Assembly: GCA_039179985.1 (NCBI GenBank)
Contig: JBCDED010000009.1
Span: 147-64,146 of the forward strand
Origin: Pseudomonadota bacterium
GTDB taxonomy: Bacteria > Pseudomonadota > Alphaproteobacteria > Rhodobacterales > Rhodobacteraceae
Length of the DNA stretch: 64,000 nt
Direction: 5' to 3'
Every line of letters starts with the position of its first letter. Position 1 is the first letter of the stretch. The notes below the pieces were generated by a model. The model did no database searches, had not been told where the DNA came from, and saw only the letters and a program-made list of their open reading frames with translations. This document shows, one piece after another, positions 27,275 through 36,685 of this stretch. The translations under genes and the position numbers were made by a program.

Positions 27275-28134
27275 CCCGAAGGGCACCGCCCGACAACTTG
27301 CGCGGCGGGGTCTGGTTGATCGCGGACCTGTCGCTCAACATCTGGGCACTGGCGATCGTCAAGTCCCTTGGCCTTGCCTTCCCAGCCGTGCAGCTTGTGT
27401 TTCTTCGCTCGCTCGTTGGCCTTTTCCTGATTGCGCCTTTAGCGTGGCGCAACCGGCATATCTTTGCGGGCTTGCCGGACCGGCATTTGCACTTTCTACG
27501 CATTGCGCTGTCTGCCGTCACGCTCAGCGCCAGTTTCTTCGCCATCGCAAAGGTGCCGCTGGCGACCTTCACCGCCGTCGGCTTCACACGGCCAATCGTG
27601 ACCATGGTGATGGCCGCCACCTTGCTGGGCGAACCTATCGGCCCCCGGCGCTGGATCGCCGCCGCCATCGCCTTTCTGGGGGTTCTGATCGCCCTCGGAC
27701 CGACCGGCGCGGTGCCTCCCGCCGGGGCCCTTGGGCTGGCGGTCACCGTACTGGCGGGATCGGCCGCGATCATTGTGACGCGGCGCCTGCAACCCTGCCC
27801 GGAAATCGTGCTTATGCTGACCTATACTGCGGGTCTGGCGGCTATCACCCTTCCCTTTGCACTGGCACTATGGGTGCCGCCATCACCTGGCGAATGGGTG
27901 CCACTCATCGCCATCGGCTGCTTTGCCCAGGCCGCCCAGTTCTGTTTTCTGCGCGCCCATCATCTTGGGCAGGCCGGGTTCCTGTCGGTTCTGAGCTATC
28001 TCAGCCTTGTCCTGTCCGTTGGTGTCGGCGTGCTGGTCTTCGGCGAGGTGCCGGATGCCCGCTTTTTCGCCGGCGCCGCGTTGGTGATTTCTGCCGCCCT
28101 CTGGGTCGCCATACGCCACCGCAGCACTGGCTGA
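27271..28134 (+). CDS. DMT (EamA-like) family transporter
   Basis: 287-aa polytopic ORF. Its ATG overlaps the PIG-L stop (ATGA). Confidence 0.85.
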   Translation: MTRRAPPDNLRGGVWLIADLSLNIWALAIVKSLGLAFPAVQLVFLRSLVGLFLIAPLAWRNRHIFAGLPDRHLHFLRIALSAVTLSASFFAIAKVPLATFTAVGFTRPIVTMVMAATLLGEPIGPRRWIAAAIAFLGVLIALGPTGAVPPAGALGLAVTVLAGSAAIIVTRRLQPCPEIVLMLTYTAGLAAITLPFALALWVPPSPGEWVPLIAIGCFAQAAQFCFLRAHHLGQAGFLSVLSYLSLVLSVGVGVLVFGEVPDARFFAGAALVISAALWVAIRHRSTG

Positions 28135-30549
28135 TCAGGCCCGAAGCTTTGCGCCTTCGGGATCGAATGGCGGCGCCTTGAGAACGCGTGCGCTGTGAGA
28201 TTTGCCAAGAATAGCGACGCTAAGTTCGGCGGCCTCGGCGGCCTCGGGCTTGATGTAGCCTAGCGCCAGCGACTTGCCGACCGAATATCCAAAGGCGCCC
28301 GACGTGACCTGACCCACCGGCGCCCCACCCGGCAGGAAGATCGGTTCCCCACCGCTGGCATCCGCATCGACCACATCGATCTCAAACATCGTCAGCACCT
28401 CGCGCGGCGCATTGTTTGCGAGCTTGAGGTAGGCGTCTTTGTTCAAGAAGCTTTTGTCGGTCTTGATGAGGCGCGCGAGCCCCACCTCTTGCGGCCAGTA
28501 TTCGGGGCTGTATTCACGCCCCCAACTGCCGTAACCCTTCTCGATCCGAAGGCTCATCAGCGCCCTGCTGCCCACCGGCCCCGCCCCGAATTCCGCCCCG
28601 GCCTCCAGAAGCGCGGAATAGAGCGCAACCTGATCACCTTCGTCGCAGTGTAGCTCCCAGCCGAGGTCGCCGGTGAAAGACACCCGCAGCGCTACGGCAG
28701 AGACCCCGCCCACCGTGATCTGCTTTGACCTCATGAAGGGAAAATCCGGTGTCTCAAGTGAAGTGTTGGTCAGCCGTTGCAGGATATCGCGCGACCGCGG
28801 CCCCGCGACGTTGAAGCCACACATGGCGTCGGTCAAACTTTCGAAATGGGTATCCTCGGGCAGAGGGACAGCCTTGAAGAACCGCTGGTGATAGCGTTCT
28901 GCCATACCCGAACCGATGACCATGAACGCATCCTCAGCCAGGCGCGTCACGGTGAAATCTCCGGCGATCCCACCGCGCACGCCGATCAGAGGCGTCAGGC
29001 ACGACCGCCCGACCTCGCGCGGCATCCGGTTGGCAAAAAGCGCGTTGAGCCAAATCTCGGCACCGGGTCCGGTGACGCGGTATTTCGCGAAGTTGGAGAT
29101 ATCAATGATCCCGGCCTTTTCACGCAACATCCGCGCCTCCCGGCCCACCGGGTCAAACCAGTTCTGGCGCGTGAAGCCGTAGCTTTCCTCGTCGGGTTCG
29201 CCGGGGGCGGCGTACCACAGCGGATGCTCCCAGCCGTAGTTCAGCCCGAATCGCGCACCCCTCTCTTTCTGCATCTCGTAGGCCGGACGTGTGCGTACAG
29301 GGCGGCCCGCAGCGCGTTCCTCATTCGGGAAATGGATTTTGAAACGGTGAGCGTATTGGTCGCCCACGCGCGCCTTGGTAAAGTCCTTGTTCGCCCAACT
29401 GCCATAGCGCGCCAGATCCCAACCGAACATATCGAGCGTCGGCTCGCCTTCGGTCATCCACTCGGCGGCCAGCCTGCCCAACCCGCCCGACTGCGAGAAA
29501 CCTGGGATGATCCCGTTGCAGCAGAAATACCCCGTCATCTCTGGCACCGGCCCGAAAAGCGCAGAACTGTCCGGCGACCAGATCATCGGGCCGTTGATCA
29601 CGCGCTTGATGCCAGCCTCACCGACGGCGGGAACACGCTCGATCGCACGCATCATGTTGTCTTCGATCCGCTCAAGATCATCGGCGAAGAGTTCGTGACC
29701 GAAACCCTGCGGCGTTCCGTCTTCGGCCCAGAACCGCAGATCGCGTTCATAGGCGCCCACAAGCAGCCCCTTGCCTTCCTGGCGGAGGTAATATTCTCCG
29801 TCACGATCCGCGACCGACGGCAGACGCCGGTCCATGGCCGCGATCTCGGCAATGGTCTCGGTCACGAAATACTGGTGCTCAGTCGGCAGAAGCGGCAGGT
29901 CAAGCCCGGCAAGCGCCGCCACCTCGCGTCCCCAGAGCCCGGCGGCATTCACAACCCAATCGGTCCGGATATCGCCCTTGGGCGTCCGCACGATCCAGGT
30001 TCCGTCGGCTTGCGCCTCGGTGGCCGTGACAGGCGTGAAGCGGTGCACTTCGGCGCCGTTCTGCCGCGCCCCGGCCGCATAGGCGGCCGTGACACCCGAT
30101 GGATCCACGTTGCCGCCGTCGGGCTCGAACATGATGCAGCGGATACCGTCGAAGTCGACCAACGGATGCAAGCGCTCGGCCTCGTCGCGACTGACTTCGT
30201 GGAAATTCATTCCGTACCGCCGCGCTTTGGCCTCCTGCAAGCGCAACTGGTGCTCGCGCTCTTCGGTCTGCGCCAGATAGAGACTGCCCGGCTGGAACAC
30301 GCCGCAGCTTTGCCCGGTCTCGGCCTCAAGATCCTTGTAGAGGTTCATCGTGTAGTGCTGGAGACGGCTGATGTTGGTGCTGTCGTGCAGCCCGTGAATA
30401 TTGGCCGCCGCGTGCCAGGTGGACCCGCTTGTCAGTTCGTCGCGCTCCAAAAGCACAACATCACGCCACCCGGCCTTCGTCAGGTGATAGAGGATCGAGC
30501 AGCCGATAACGCCGCCTCCGATCACAACGGCCTGGGCATGGGTGCGCAT
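28135..30549 (-). CDS. Dimethylglycine/sarcosine dehydrogenase family flavoenzyme (DAO FAD domain + GcvT-like folate-binding domain)
   Basis: ORF track gives 28135..30633. ATG at 30549 (MRTHAQAVVIGGGVIGCSILYHL) with GGAG 8 nt upstream. C-terminal aminomethyltransferase-like region. Confidence 0.9.
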   Translation of the reverse strand: MRTHAQAVVIGGGVIGCSILYHLTKAGWRDVVLLERDELTSGSTWHAAANIHGLHDSTNISRLQHYTMNLYKDLEAETGQSCGVFQPGSLYLAQTEEREHQLRLQEAKARRYGMNFHEVSRDEAERLHPLVDFDGIRCIMFEPDGGNVDPSGVTAAYAAGARQNGAEVHRFTPVTATEAQADGTWIVRTPKGDIRTDWVVNAAGLWGREVAALAGLDLPLLPTEHQYFVTETIAEIAAMDRRLPSVADRDGEYYLRQEGKGLLVGAYERDLRFWAEDGTPQGFGHELFADDLERIEDNMMRAIERVPAVGEAGIKRVINGPMIWSPDSSALFGPVPEMTGYFCCNGIIPGFSQSGGLGRLAAEWMTEGEPTLDMFGWDLARYGSWANKDFTKARVGDQYAHRFKIHFPNEERAAGRPVRTRPAYEMQKERGARFGLNYGWEHPLWYAAPGEPDEESYGFTRQNWFDPVGREARMLREKAGIIDISNFAKYRVTGPGAEIWLNALFANRMPREVGRSCLTPLIGVRGGIAGDFTVTRLAEDAFMVIGSGMAERYHQRFFKAVPLPEDTHFESLTDAMCGFNVAGPRSRDILQRLTNTSLETPDFPFMRSKQITVGGVSAVALRVSFTGDLGWELHCDEGDQVALYSALLEAGAEFGAGPVGSRALMSLRIEKGYGSWGREYSPEYWPQEVGLARLIKTDKSFLNKDAYLKLANNAPREVLTMFEIDVVDADASGGEPIFLPGGAPVGQVTSGAFGYSVGKSLALGYIKPEAAEAAELSVAILGKSHSARVLKAPPFDPEGAKLRA

Positions 30550-30712
30550 TGGGGGCTCCTTTGCTTTGTCCGTGTCAGACCATTCCAGAGCACCGGGCCC
30601 CTGCTGGTCCACCGCCGACACCATCCGTCGCAAACGACCGACGCGCCGCAGTTCGTTGACACCGGCCAGCCCATCAATTCAACTGCCGCCGACTTGCAAG
30701 GGAGGATTTGCA

Positions 30713-31687
30713 ATGGCGCTGACCGCACGGATCGAAGAACACGGAGGACCGGAGGTCTTTCAACTGGTCGACACAGAGGTCGGTGAACCGGGCCCCGGGC
30801 AAATCCGCATCCGCCACGCGGCCTGCGGGCTGAACTTCATCGATGTCTACCAGCGTACGGGCCTCTATCCAATGGAATTGCCGCACGCGCTTGGCATGGA
30901 GGCCGCGGGCGTGGTCGAGGCCGTGGGCGACGGCGTGACCCACCTGAAACCCGGCGACCGCGCGGCCTATGCCGCCGCGCCTCCGGGCGCCTATTGCGAG
31001 ATGCGGGTGATGCCCGCGGCGCAGGTCTGTCCCCTGCCCGAGGCGATCAGTTTCGAGGACGGCGCTGCGATGATGCTGAAAGGGTTGACAGTCAACTATC
31101 TCTTTCAGCGCACGACCCCCATCGCCCGAGGCGACACGGTGCTCTTCCACGCCGCTGCGGGGGGCGTCGGGCTTATTGCATGCCAATGGGCGAAATCCGA
31201 GGGCATCACGCTGATTGGCACTGCCGGGTCCGATGAGAAATGCCAGCTCGCCCTCGAACACGGCGCGGCCCATTGCATCAACTACCGTACGGAGACCTTC
31301 GCAGAGCGCGTCAGCGAACTGACGGGCGGCAAGGGCGTTGACGTGGTGATGGATGCCGTCGGGGCTGATACGTTTGAAGGCTCGCTGGACAGCCTCAGAC
31401 CGCTTGGCATGATGATCTCCTTCGGCAATGCCAGCGGCCCGGTCCCGCCCCTTAGTCTTGCCACGCTCGCCGCCAAGGGATCGCTCAAGATCACGCGGCC
31501 CACGCTGTTCACTCACATCGCCGATCACGCCGCGTGCCAGGCCATGGCGGCAGAGCTTTTCGAAAAGGTCGAAAGCGGGGCGGTAAAACTGCGGATCGAC
31601 CAGCGCTTTCCGCTGGCCGAAGTGGCCGAGGCGCACCGGGCGCTTGAGGCGCGGAGGACAACGGGTTCGACGGTTCTGATCCCTTAG
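30713..31687 (+). CDS. qor: NADPH:quinone oxidoreductase (zeta-crystallin-like MDR)
   Basis: ORF track gives 30542..31687. ATG at 30713 preceded by GGAGGA. Sequence [20 protein letters not shown]...[15 protein letters not shown], with cofactor motif [15 protein letters not shown]. Confidence 0.88.
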   Translation: MALTARIEEHGGPEVFQLVDTEVGEPGPGQIRIRHAACGLNFIDVYQRTGLYPMELPHALGMEAAGVVEAVGDGVTHLKPGDRAAYAAAPPGAYCEMRVMPAAQVCPLPEAISFEDGAAMMLKGLTVNYLFQRTTPIARGDTVLFHAAAGGVGLIACQWAKSEGITLIGTAGSDEKCQLALEHGAAHCINYRTETFAERVSELTGGKGVDVVMDAVGADTFEGSLDSLRPLGMMISFGNASGPVPPLSLATLAAKGSLKITRPTLFTHIADHAACQAMAAELFEKVESGAVKLRIDQRFPLAEVAEAHRALEARRTTGSTVLIP

Positions 31688-33309
31688 GCGCGGGCGTCCT
31701 CAAGGATCATCCGGGCGCCTTTCTCGGCGATCATGATCGTCGGCGCGTTGGTGTTGCCGCTGGTGATGCGCGGCATGATCGAGGCGTCTATCACGCGCAG
31801 GCCTTGTACGCCGCGCACCCGCAGGCGCGGGTCGACGACAGCGTCCGCGTCGCTGCCCATGCGCGCCGTGCCCACGGGGTGGAAGATGGTCGTGCCAATG
31901 TCGCCGGCGGCTTTTTCAAGCTCGGTTTCTGTTGTCAGCCCGGCGCCGGGACGTACCTCTTGGGGCGTGTATTTCGCAAGCGCAGGCCGCCCCACGATGC
32001 GCCGCGTCAGCCGGATCGCCTCCGCAGCGACCGAGCGGTCGCCTGGCGTTGCCAGGTAGTTCGGCGCAATGGCCGGGGCCGCCATGGCATCGGGTCCTGA
32101 CAGCCGCACAGAGCCTCTGCTTTCGGGTCGCAGGTTGCAAACCGACGCGGTGAAAGCCGGAAAAGGATCAAGCGGATCTCCAAATTTTCCAAGGCTCAAA
32201 GGCTGCACGTGGTACTGAAGATCCGGCGTCGCCAGATCGGCGCGGGACCGGGTGAAGGCGCCAAGCTGGCTTGGCGCCATGGACATCGGGCCCGTCCGGA
32301 AGGCCGCGTACTCGGCGGCCATGGCCAGTTTGCCGGTCAGACTGTTCGCACGGCCATTGAGCGTTTCCACCTCGGAGACGCGGAAGGCGAGGCGCAGCTG
32401 CAGATGGTCCTGCAGGTTAGCACCGATACCCGGCACGTCACGCCAAGGCGCGACTCCGCTCGCCTTTAGGTGCGCGGCAGGTCCGATCCCAGAGAGCATC
32501 AGAAGATGCGGAGACCCGATGGCGCCAGCCGACAAAATGACCTCGTACCGCGCGCGGGCTTTGTGCAGAACACCGCCGTGCATAAACTCCACGCCAGTCG
32601 CCCGCCCGTCGCCGAACACAACCCGCTCAGTCTGGGCTTCGGTCAAGACACGCAGGTTTGGCCGTTGGGCGACAGGCTTCAGAAAGGCTTTGGCCGTGCT
32701 CCACCGCCAGCCCGACCGCTGATTAACCTGAAAATAGCCCACACCCTCGTTGTCTCCGGTGTTGAAGTCGGCTGTCCGGGGAATACCCGATTCAACGCAG
32801 GCCTCTGCGAAGGCGTCCAGAATGTCCCAGCGGAGCCGCATTCGTTCCACTCGCCATTCACCGCCCTCGCCGTGAGCGTCCGAGGCGCCGTCGACGTGGT
32901 CTTCGGACGCTTTAAAGAGCGGCAGAACATCGTCCCAGGCCCACCCCTCGCAACCAAGCTGCCGCCAGCCGTCGTAATCCGCAGCCTGACCGCGCATGTA
33001 GATCATGCCGTTGATCGACGATGAGCCACCCAGGATGCGCCCGCGCGGATACCCCAGGCTGCGCCCGTTCAAACCGGGTTCGGTTTCGGTCGAAAAACAC
33101 CAGTCCGTGCGGGGGTTCGCGATGCAATATAGATAGCCCACCGGGATATGCACCCAGTGGTAGTTGTCAGACCCACCGGCCTCCAAAAGCAAAACGCGCG
33201 TCCCGGGATCCTCGCTAAGGCGGTTGGCCAGGACGCAACCAGCCGAGCCTGCGCCGACGAGCACGTAGTCAAACTCGCCTGCGTCCTTGCTTTTGTCGTC
33301 CATATCCAC
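31684..33309 (-). CDS. GMC family oxidoreductase (choline dehydrogenase-like)
   Basis: FAD motif [21 protein letters not shown] and GMC signature regions [14 protein letters not shown] and HPVGTARMG. Confidence 0.92.
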   Translation of the reverse strand: MDMDDKSKDAGEFDYVLVGAGSAGCVLANRLSEDPGTRVLLLEAGGSDNYHWVHIPVGYLYCIANPRTDWCFSTETEPGLNGRSLGYPRGRILGGSSSINGMIYMRGQAADYDGWRQLGCEGWAWDDVLPLFKASEDHVDGASDAHGEGGEWRVERMRLRWDILDAFAEACVESGIPRTADFNTGDNEGVGYFQVNQRSGWRWSTAKAFLKPVAQRPNLRVLTEAQTERVVFGDGRATGVEFMHGGVLHKARARYEVILSAGAIGSPHLLMLSGIGPAAHLKASGVAPWRDVPGIGANLQDHLQLRLAFRVSEVETLNGRANSLTGKLAMAAEYAAFRTGPMSMAPSQLGAFTRSRADLATPDLQYHVQPLSLGKFGDPLDPFPAFTASVCNLRPESRGSVRLSGPDAMAAPAIAPNYLATPGDRSVAAEAIRLTRRIVGRPALAKYTPQEVRPGAGLTTETELEKAAGDIGTTIFHPVGTARMGSDADAVVDPRLRVRGVQGLRVIDASIMPRITSGNTNAPTIMIAEKGARMILEDARA

Positions 33310-33400
33310 GTGTCCCCTTTACGTCTGGACAAAGTGGCGCGACCGGTCGCAACACGCAAATACAACATCCGCGCCGGTCAGGACGCCAACTGCTCTGAGA

Positions 33401-33416
33401 TGTGCATTATCGCACA
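33401..33416. promoter_or_regulatory. CRP-family-like palindrome TGTGC-N6-GCACA upstream of the dioxygenase gene
   Basis: tgtgcattatcgcaca read directly, about 90 nt upstream of ATG 33504. It resembles the CRP consensus TGTGA-N6-TCACA. A separate perfect 12-bp palindrome GCGACCGGTCGC lies at 33339..33350. Confidence 0.3.
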
Positions 33417-33503
33417 AATTAGGATCGGGATTGTGGATTTACTCTTTCTTTCTGCACCATAAATTTTGGCTCAACAGGAATTGAGAGAACGGAGGAGCCT
33501 GCT

Positions 33504-34427
33504 ATGGCCCATCAACCGATTACAGGTTTGCACCACGTCACCGCTATTTCCGGCCCACCCCAAGCGAATGTGGATTTCTTTTCGCAGGTCGCCGGACAGC
33601 GTTTGGTGAAGAAAACCGTCAACTTCGACGACCCCGGCACCTACCACCTTTACTATGGTGACCAGAATGCCAGTCCAGGGACGATTCTGACCTTCTTTCC
33701 CTTCGTGGACGCGGGCCCCGGACGTGCCGGCCCCGGCATGGCCTCGGCCTATGCTTACAGTGTGCCCGAAGCACGGTTTGACGATGTCATGGGTCGGTTT
33801 GCCGAGGATGCCATTGATTTCGAAGGACCGACCGAGCGCTTTGGCGACCCGGTGATCGTACTGCGCGACCCAGACGGTGCGCCGGTGGAGTTCATCTCGT
33901 CCAAGATTGTCGGCGATACTGATATCGGCGGTTTCCACTCGGTGACCCTGTGGGAAAACGACGTTGACCCGACGGCACAGCTTCTGAAGGACATCTTCGG
34001 CTACGACGAGGTCGGTCACGAGACCATCGGCGGACAGGAACGGCTGCGCTTTGCCGTCCCGGGCGAGGCCCACGGCACGATCGTAGATCTGATCCGCTCG
34101 GACGCGCCGTCCATCGGCCGCCAGGGTGCGGGCAGCATCCACCATGTGGCATTCCGGGCCAAGTCCGACGAGGAACAGCTGGAATGGCGGGACCGCCTTC
34201 TCAAGGCCGGTCATGCGGTAACACCGGTTATTGATCGGCAGTACTTCAACGCCATCTACTTCCGTGAACCGGGCGGCGTTCTCTTCGAGATCGCAACGGA
34301 TCCGCCGGGCTTTGCCACCGACGAACCGGCAGAGACAATGGGCAGGGAATTGAAGTTGCCGCCGCAGTACGAACCTATGCGCGATCGGATCGAAGCCGTC
34401 CTGCCAGAGTTGAAGGTGCAAGCATGA
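33504..34427 (+). CDS. Ring-cleaving dioxygenase, VOC superfamily (MhqA/MhqO-like)
   Basis: 307-aa ORF with ITGLHHVTAISGPPQANVDFF...VNFDDPGTYHLYYGD...SIHHVAFRA...YFREPGGVLFEIATDPPGF, typical of the two-module glyoxalase-type hydroquinone dioxygenases. Confidence 0.88.
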   Translation: MAHQPITGLHHVTAISGPPQANVDFFSQVAGQRLVKKTVNFDDPGTYHLYYGDQNASPGTILTFFPFVDAGPGRAGPGMASAYAYSVPEARFDDVMGRFAEDAIDFEGPTERFGDPVIVLRDPDGAPVEFISSKIVGDTDIGGFHSVTLWENDVDPTAQLLKDIFGYDEVGHETIGGQERLRFAVPGEAHGTIVDLIRSDAPSIGRQGAGSIHHVAFRAKSDEEQLEWRDRLLKAGHAVTPVIDRQYFNAIYFREPGGVLFEIATDPPGFATDEPAETMGRELKLPPQYEPMRDRIEAVLPELKVQA

Positions 34428-35086
34428 CAGCGCAGACAGCGATCAAAAGGGCGGGCCCCGGCAACGCGGCCCGTCTGGGCATAGTGTTGGTCCACGGGCG
34501 CGGCAGCTCGGCCACCGCTATCCTTGATCTCCTCGGCCACTTGGGCCTTCCGGACATCGCGGCCGCCGCACCCGAGGCGCCCGGGTCCAGCTGGTGGCCC
34601 ACAAGCTTTCTGGCCCCGACGGCCGAAATGGAGCCCTTTGTGGGTGCCGGCTTTCAGGCCGTGGGCGCCGCCGTGGAGAACCTTCTGGCAGATGGCCTGA
34701 CGCGAGACAGGATCGCCATCATGGGCTTTAGCCAGGGGGCCTGCCTTGCGCTGGAGTATGCGGTCCGCAAGGGAACGGGATTGCACAGCGTCTTTGGTCT
34801 GTCAGGCGGCCTCGTAGGGACGGCCGATGCCGGCACCCGGCCGCTCGAAGAGCTGTATGGGTTCGCCGACAAGACGTTCGACTATGACACGGACCTGTCG
34901 GGCCTGCCGGTCTACCTCGGCTGCCACGAAAAAGATCCACACATCCCGCTGAAACGGGTGCAGGACAGCGCCGCAGCCTTTGCGGCACTCGGCGCTGACG
35001 TCGAGGCTCAGATCTTCCCCGGCGCCGGACATGGCGTGATGATGGAAGAGATCGCAGCAATGCGCGGGCGCCTCAACGGCACCTGA
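34424..35086 (+). CDS. Phospholipase/carboxylesterase family alpha/beta hydrolase (MhqD-like)
   Basis: HGRG, nucleophile elbow GFSQGACLALE, then DPHIPL and FPGAGHGV. Its start overlaps the dioxygenase stop. Confidence 0.85.
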   Translation: MTAQTAIKRAGPGNAARLGIVLVHGRGSSATAILDLLGHLGLPDIAAAAPEAPGSSWWPTSFLAPTAEMEPFVGAGFQAVGAAVENLLADGLTRDRIAIMGFSQGACLALEYAVRKGTGLHSVFGLSGGLVGTADAGTRPLEELYGFADKTFDYDTDLSGLPVYLGCHEKDPHIPLKRVQDSAAAFAALGADVEAQIFPGAGHGVMMEEIAAMRGRLNGT

Positions 35087-35099
35087 CGCCTTTCAGGTG
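35080..35099. terminator. Hairpin CACCTGA-N6-TCAGGTG spanning both convergent stop codons (possible weak bidirectional terminator)
   Basis: 7-bp perfect arms read directly. The left arm contains the TGA of the esterase gene and the right arm the TCA (= TGA) of the XdhC-like gene. There is no U-tract, so terminator function is doubtful. Confidence 0.25.
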
Positions 35100-36079
35100 G
35101 CCGGTCCCGGCAGGGCATCGACCACCTGTGCGATCGCTGACACAGCGATCAGCTGTGCATCCCGAAGCGACCGGATCAGCCCCAAGGGACCGATGACGCG
35201 GGCGATTTCGTCGGGCGTCCGGCCCTCGACCTCCAGGCCAAGGAGCCGCGCCTGATGGGTCCGCTTGCTGCCCATAGCGCCAATGAAAAAGGCCGGGCCG
35301 TCCAGCGCCTGCGCCAGCATGGCCGCCTCCCACTCGTGATCGTGGAAGAGCAACAGGAACGCCGTCCACGGATCGTCCGCGACACCGGGCGGTGTATCGA
35401 GTGATGTCAGATGGTGTGCGGCAACCGCGCCCTCGGCGGCCAGCGCACCCACTTCTTCCAGGTCGGGCGAGGCGACGATCACCTCGAACCCCGATGCCAT
35501 GCCAAGCCGGGCCGTCGACATGAGCACGGCCCCCCGTCCTGCCAGTCGCATCCGCGGTTTGGGCGTCGCGGTGAAGATGAAAACGTCGTTCGGCACCGCG
35601 TCGGGCGCAGCATTACAAACGGCCAGATCCCCCGAAGAGCGATTGACCGACAGGGTTACCGGGCGCCGCGCGTCGAGTTCGGCGAGCGCTTCGGCCAGAA
35701 CGCGCTCATCGGGATTTGGTAGAACCAGGAGTTCAATCGCGCCGCCGCAGGGCAAGGCGATATCGACGAAGGGCGAGCCCTGTCCGTAACGGATCGACCG
35801 GGGCACACCCGCTTCCAACGCCATCTGCGCCTGCAGCACCACATCGGCGTCCACGCAGCCGTTGGACACATATCCCGCCATGAGCCCGTCGTCGGTGACG
35901 GCCACAAGGCTGCCGACCGCCCGCAGGGCCCCGCCGACCGTATCGGTGACCACCAGCAAGGCCGCGGGCCGACCGGCGGCGCGTTCATCGATCACAAAAC
36001 CGACGAGATCGCGCGCATGCTCCAGATACCGCGTCTCAAGCGATCTGTCTGGGCGTGCGGTGTCCTTGGGCATTGTCAT
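35093..36079 (-). CDS. coxI: XdhC/CoxI family molybdoenzyme maturation protein (positional coxI)
   Basis: 328-aa ORF with an XdhC_CoxI N-terminal module (LLVVTDTVGGALRAVGSLVAV) and a Rossmann-like C-terminal module (FFIGAMGSKRTHQARL). Last gene of the cox cluster. Confidence 0.75.
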   Translation of the reverse strand: MTMPKDTARPDRSLETRYLEHARDLVGFVIDERAAGRPAALLVVTDTVGGALRAVGSLVAVTDDGLMAGYVSNGCVDADVVLQAQMALEAGVPRSIRYGQGSPFVDIALPCGGAIELLVLPNPDERVLAEALAELDARRPVTLSVNRSSGDLAVCNAAPDAVPNDVFIFTATPKPRMRLAGRGAVLMSTARLGMASGFEVIVASPDLEEVGALAAEGAVAAHHLTSLDTPPGVADDPWTAFLLLFHDHEWEAAMLAQALDGPAFFIGAMGSKRTHQARLLGLEVEGRTPDEIARVIGPLGLIRSLRDAQLIAVSAIAQVVDALPGPAT

Positions 36080-36102
36080 TCCACCTGCGACAGTAGGGGA
36101 CT

Positions 36103-36555
36103 TCAGGCCGCGTGGCTTTCTTCCACCACATCGCGGAACTGATCGAAGAATTTCGCCGCCAGCTTCTTGGCGGTTCCCTGGATAAGGCGGCTGCCGAGTT
36201 GCGCCAGCTTGCCACCGATATCCGCCTTTGCTGTATAGCTGAGGAGCGTGCCTTCGTCATTGGGCGTCAACGTCACATCGGCACCGCCCTTCGCAAAGCC
36301 CGCGGCACCCCCACTGCCTTCGCCCGAAAGAGAAAAACTGTCCGGCGCTCCGCTCTGGTCCAGCGTCACGTGGCCGCCGAACTTGGCTTTTACCGGACCC
36401 ACCTTGAGCACGACCTTGGCGGTCAATTCGGTGTCCGAAACCTTTTCAAGTTCTTCACAGCCAGGAATGCACTGTTTCAGGACCTCGGGATCGTTCAGTG
36501 CCGCGTAGACGACGTCCTGCGGTGCGTTGATCTGGATGTCTTCTTTCAGTTCCAT
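36103..36555 (-). CDS. coxG: Carbon monoxide dehydrogenase subunit G (SRPBCC/CoxG family)
   Basis: ORF track gives 36103..36858. ATG at 36555 (MELKEDIQINAPQDVVYAALNDPEVLKQCIPGCEELEKV) gives the usual ~150-aa CoxG. Confidence 0.88.
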   Translation of the reverse strand: MELKEDIQINAPQDVVYAALNDPEVLKQCIPGCEELEKVSDTELTAKVVLKVGPVKAKFGGHVTLDQSGAPDSFSLSGEGSGGAAGFAKGGADVTLTPNDEGTLLSYTAKADIGGKLAQLGSRLIQGTAKKLAAKFFDQFRDVVEESHAA

Positions 36556-36685
36556 CGGTCGGGTCCTTCTTAGCAGCAGGGGAATTTCATGCTGGTCAGC
36601 ACCTTGGCCTGCTCGGCAGACAGTTTTGGCATGCACCAAGTGATCATTCGGCGCAGCGGACGCAAGAGAGAAAATACACGCGCTT

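Noticed and set aside
28777-30786. 669-aa ORF on the plus strand, the longest unassigned ORF in the track
   Set aside because: It lies entirely antisense to the well-supported DMGDH-like gene. Its product is an Arg/Pro/Gly/His-rich string with no recognisable motif. Stop-poor antisense frames are expected in GC-rich DNA with G/C-biased third positions.
33471-34421. 316-aa minus-strand ORF almost exactly coextensive with the dioxygenase gene
   Set aside because: The plus-strand product shows clear VOC ring-cleaving dioxygenase motifs and is coupled to the downstream esterase gene. The antisense product has no motifs and looks like a mirror-frame artefact.
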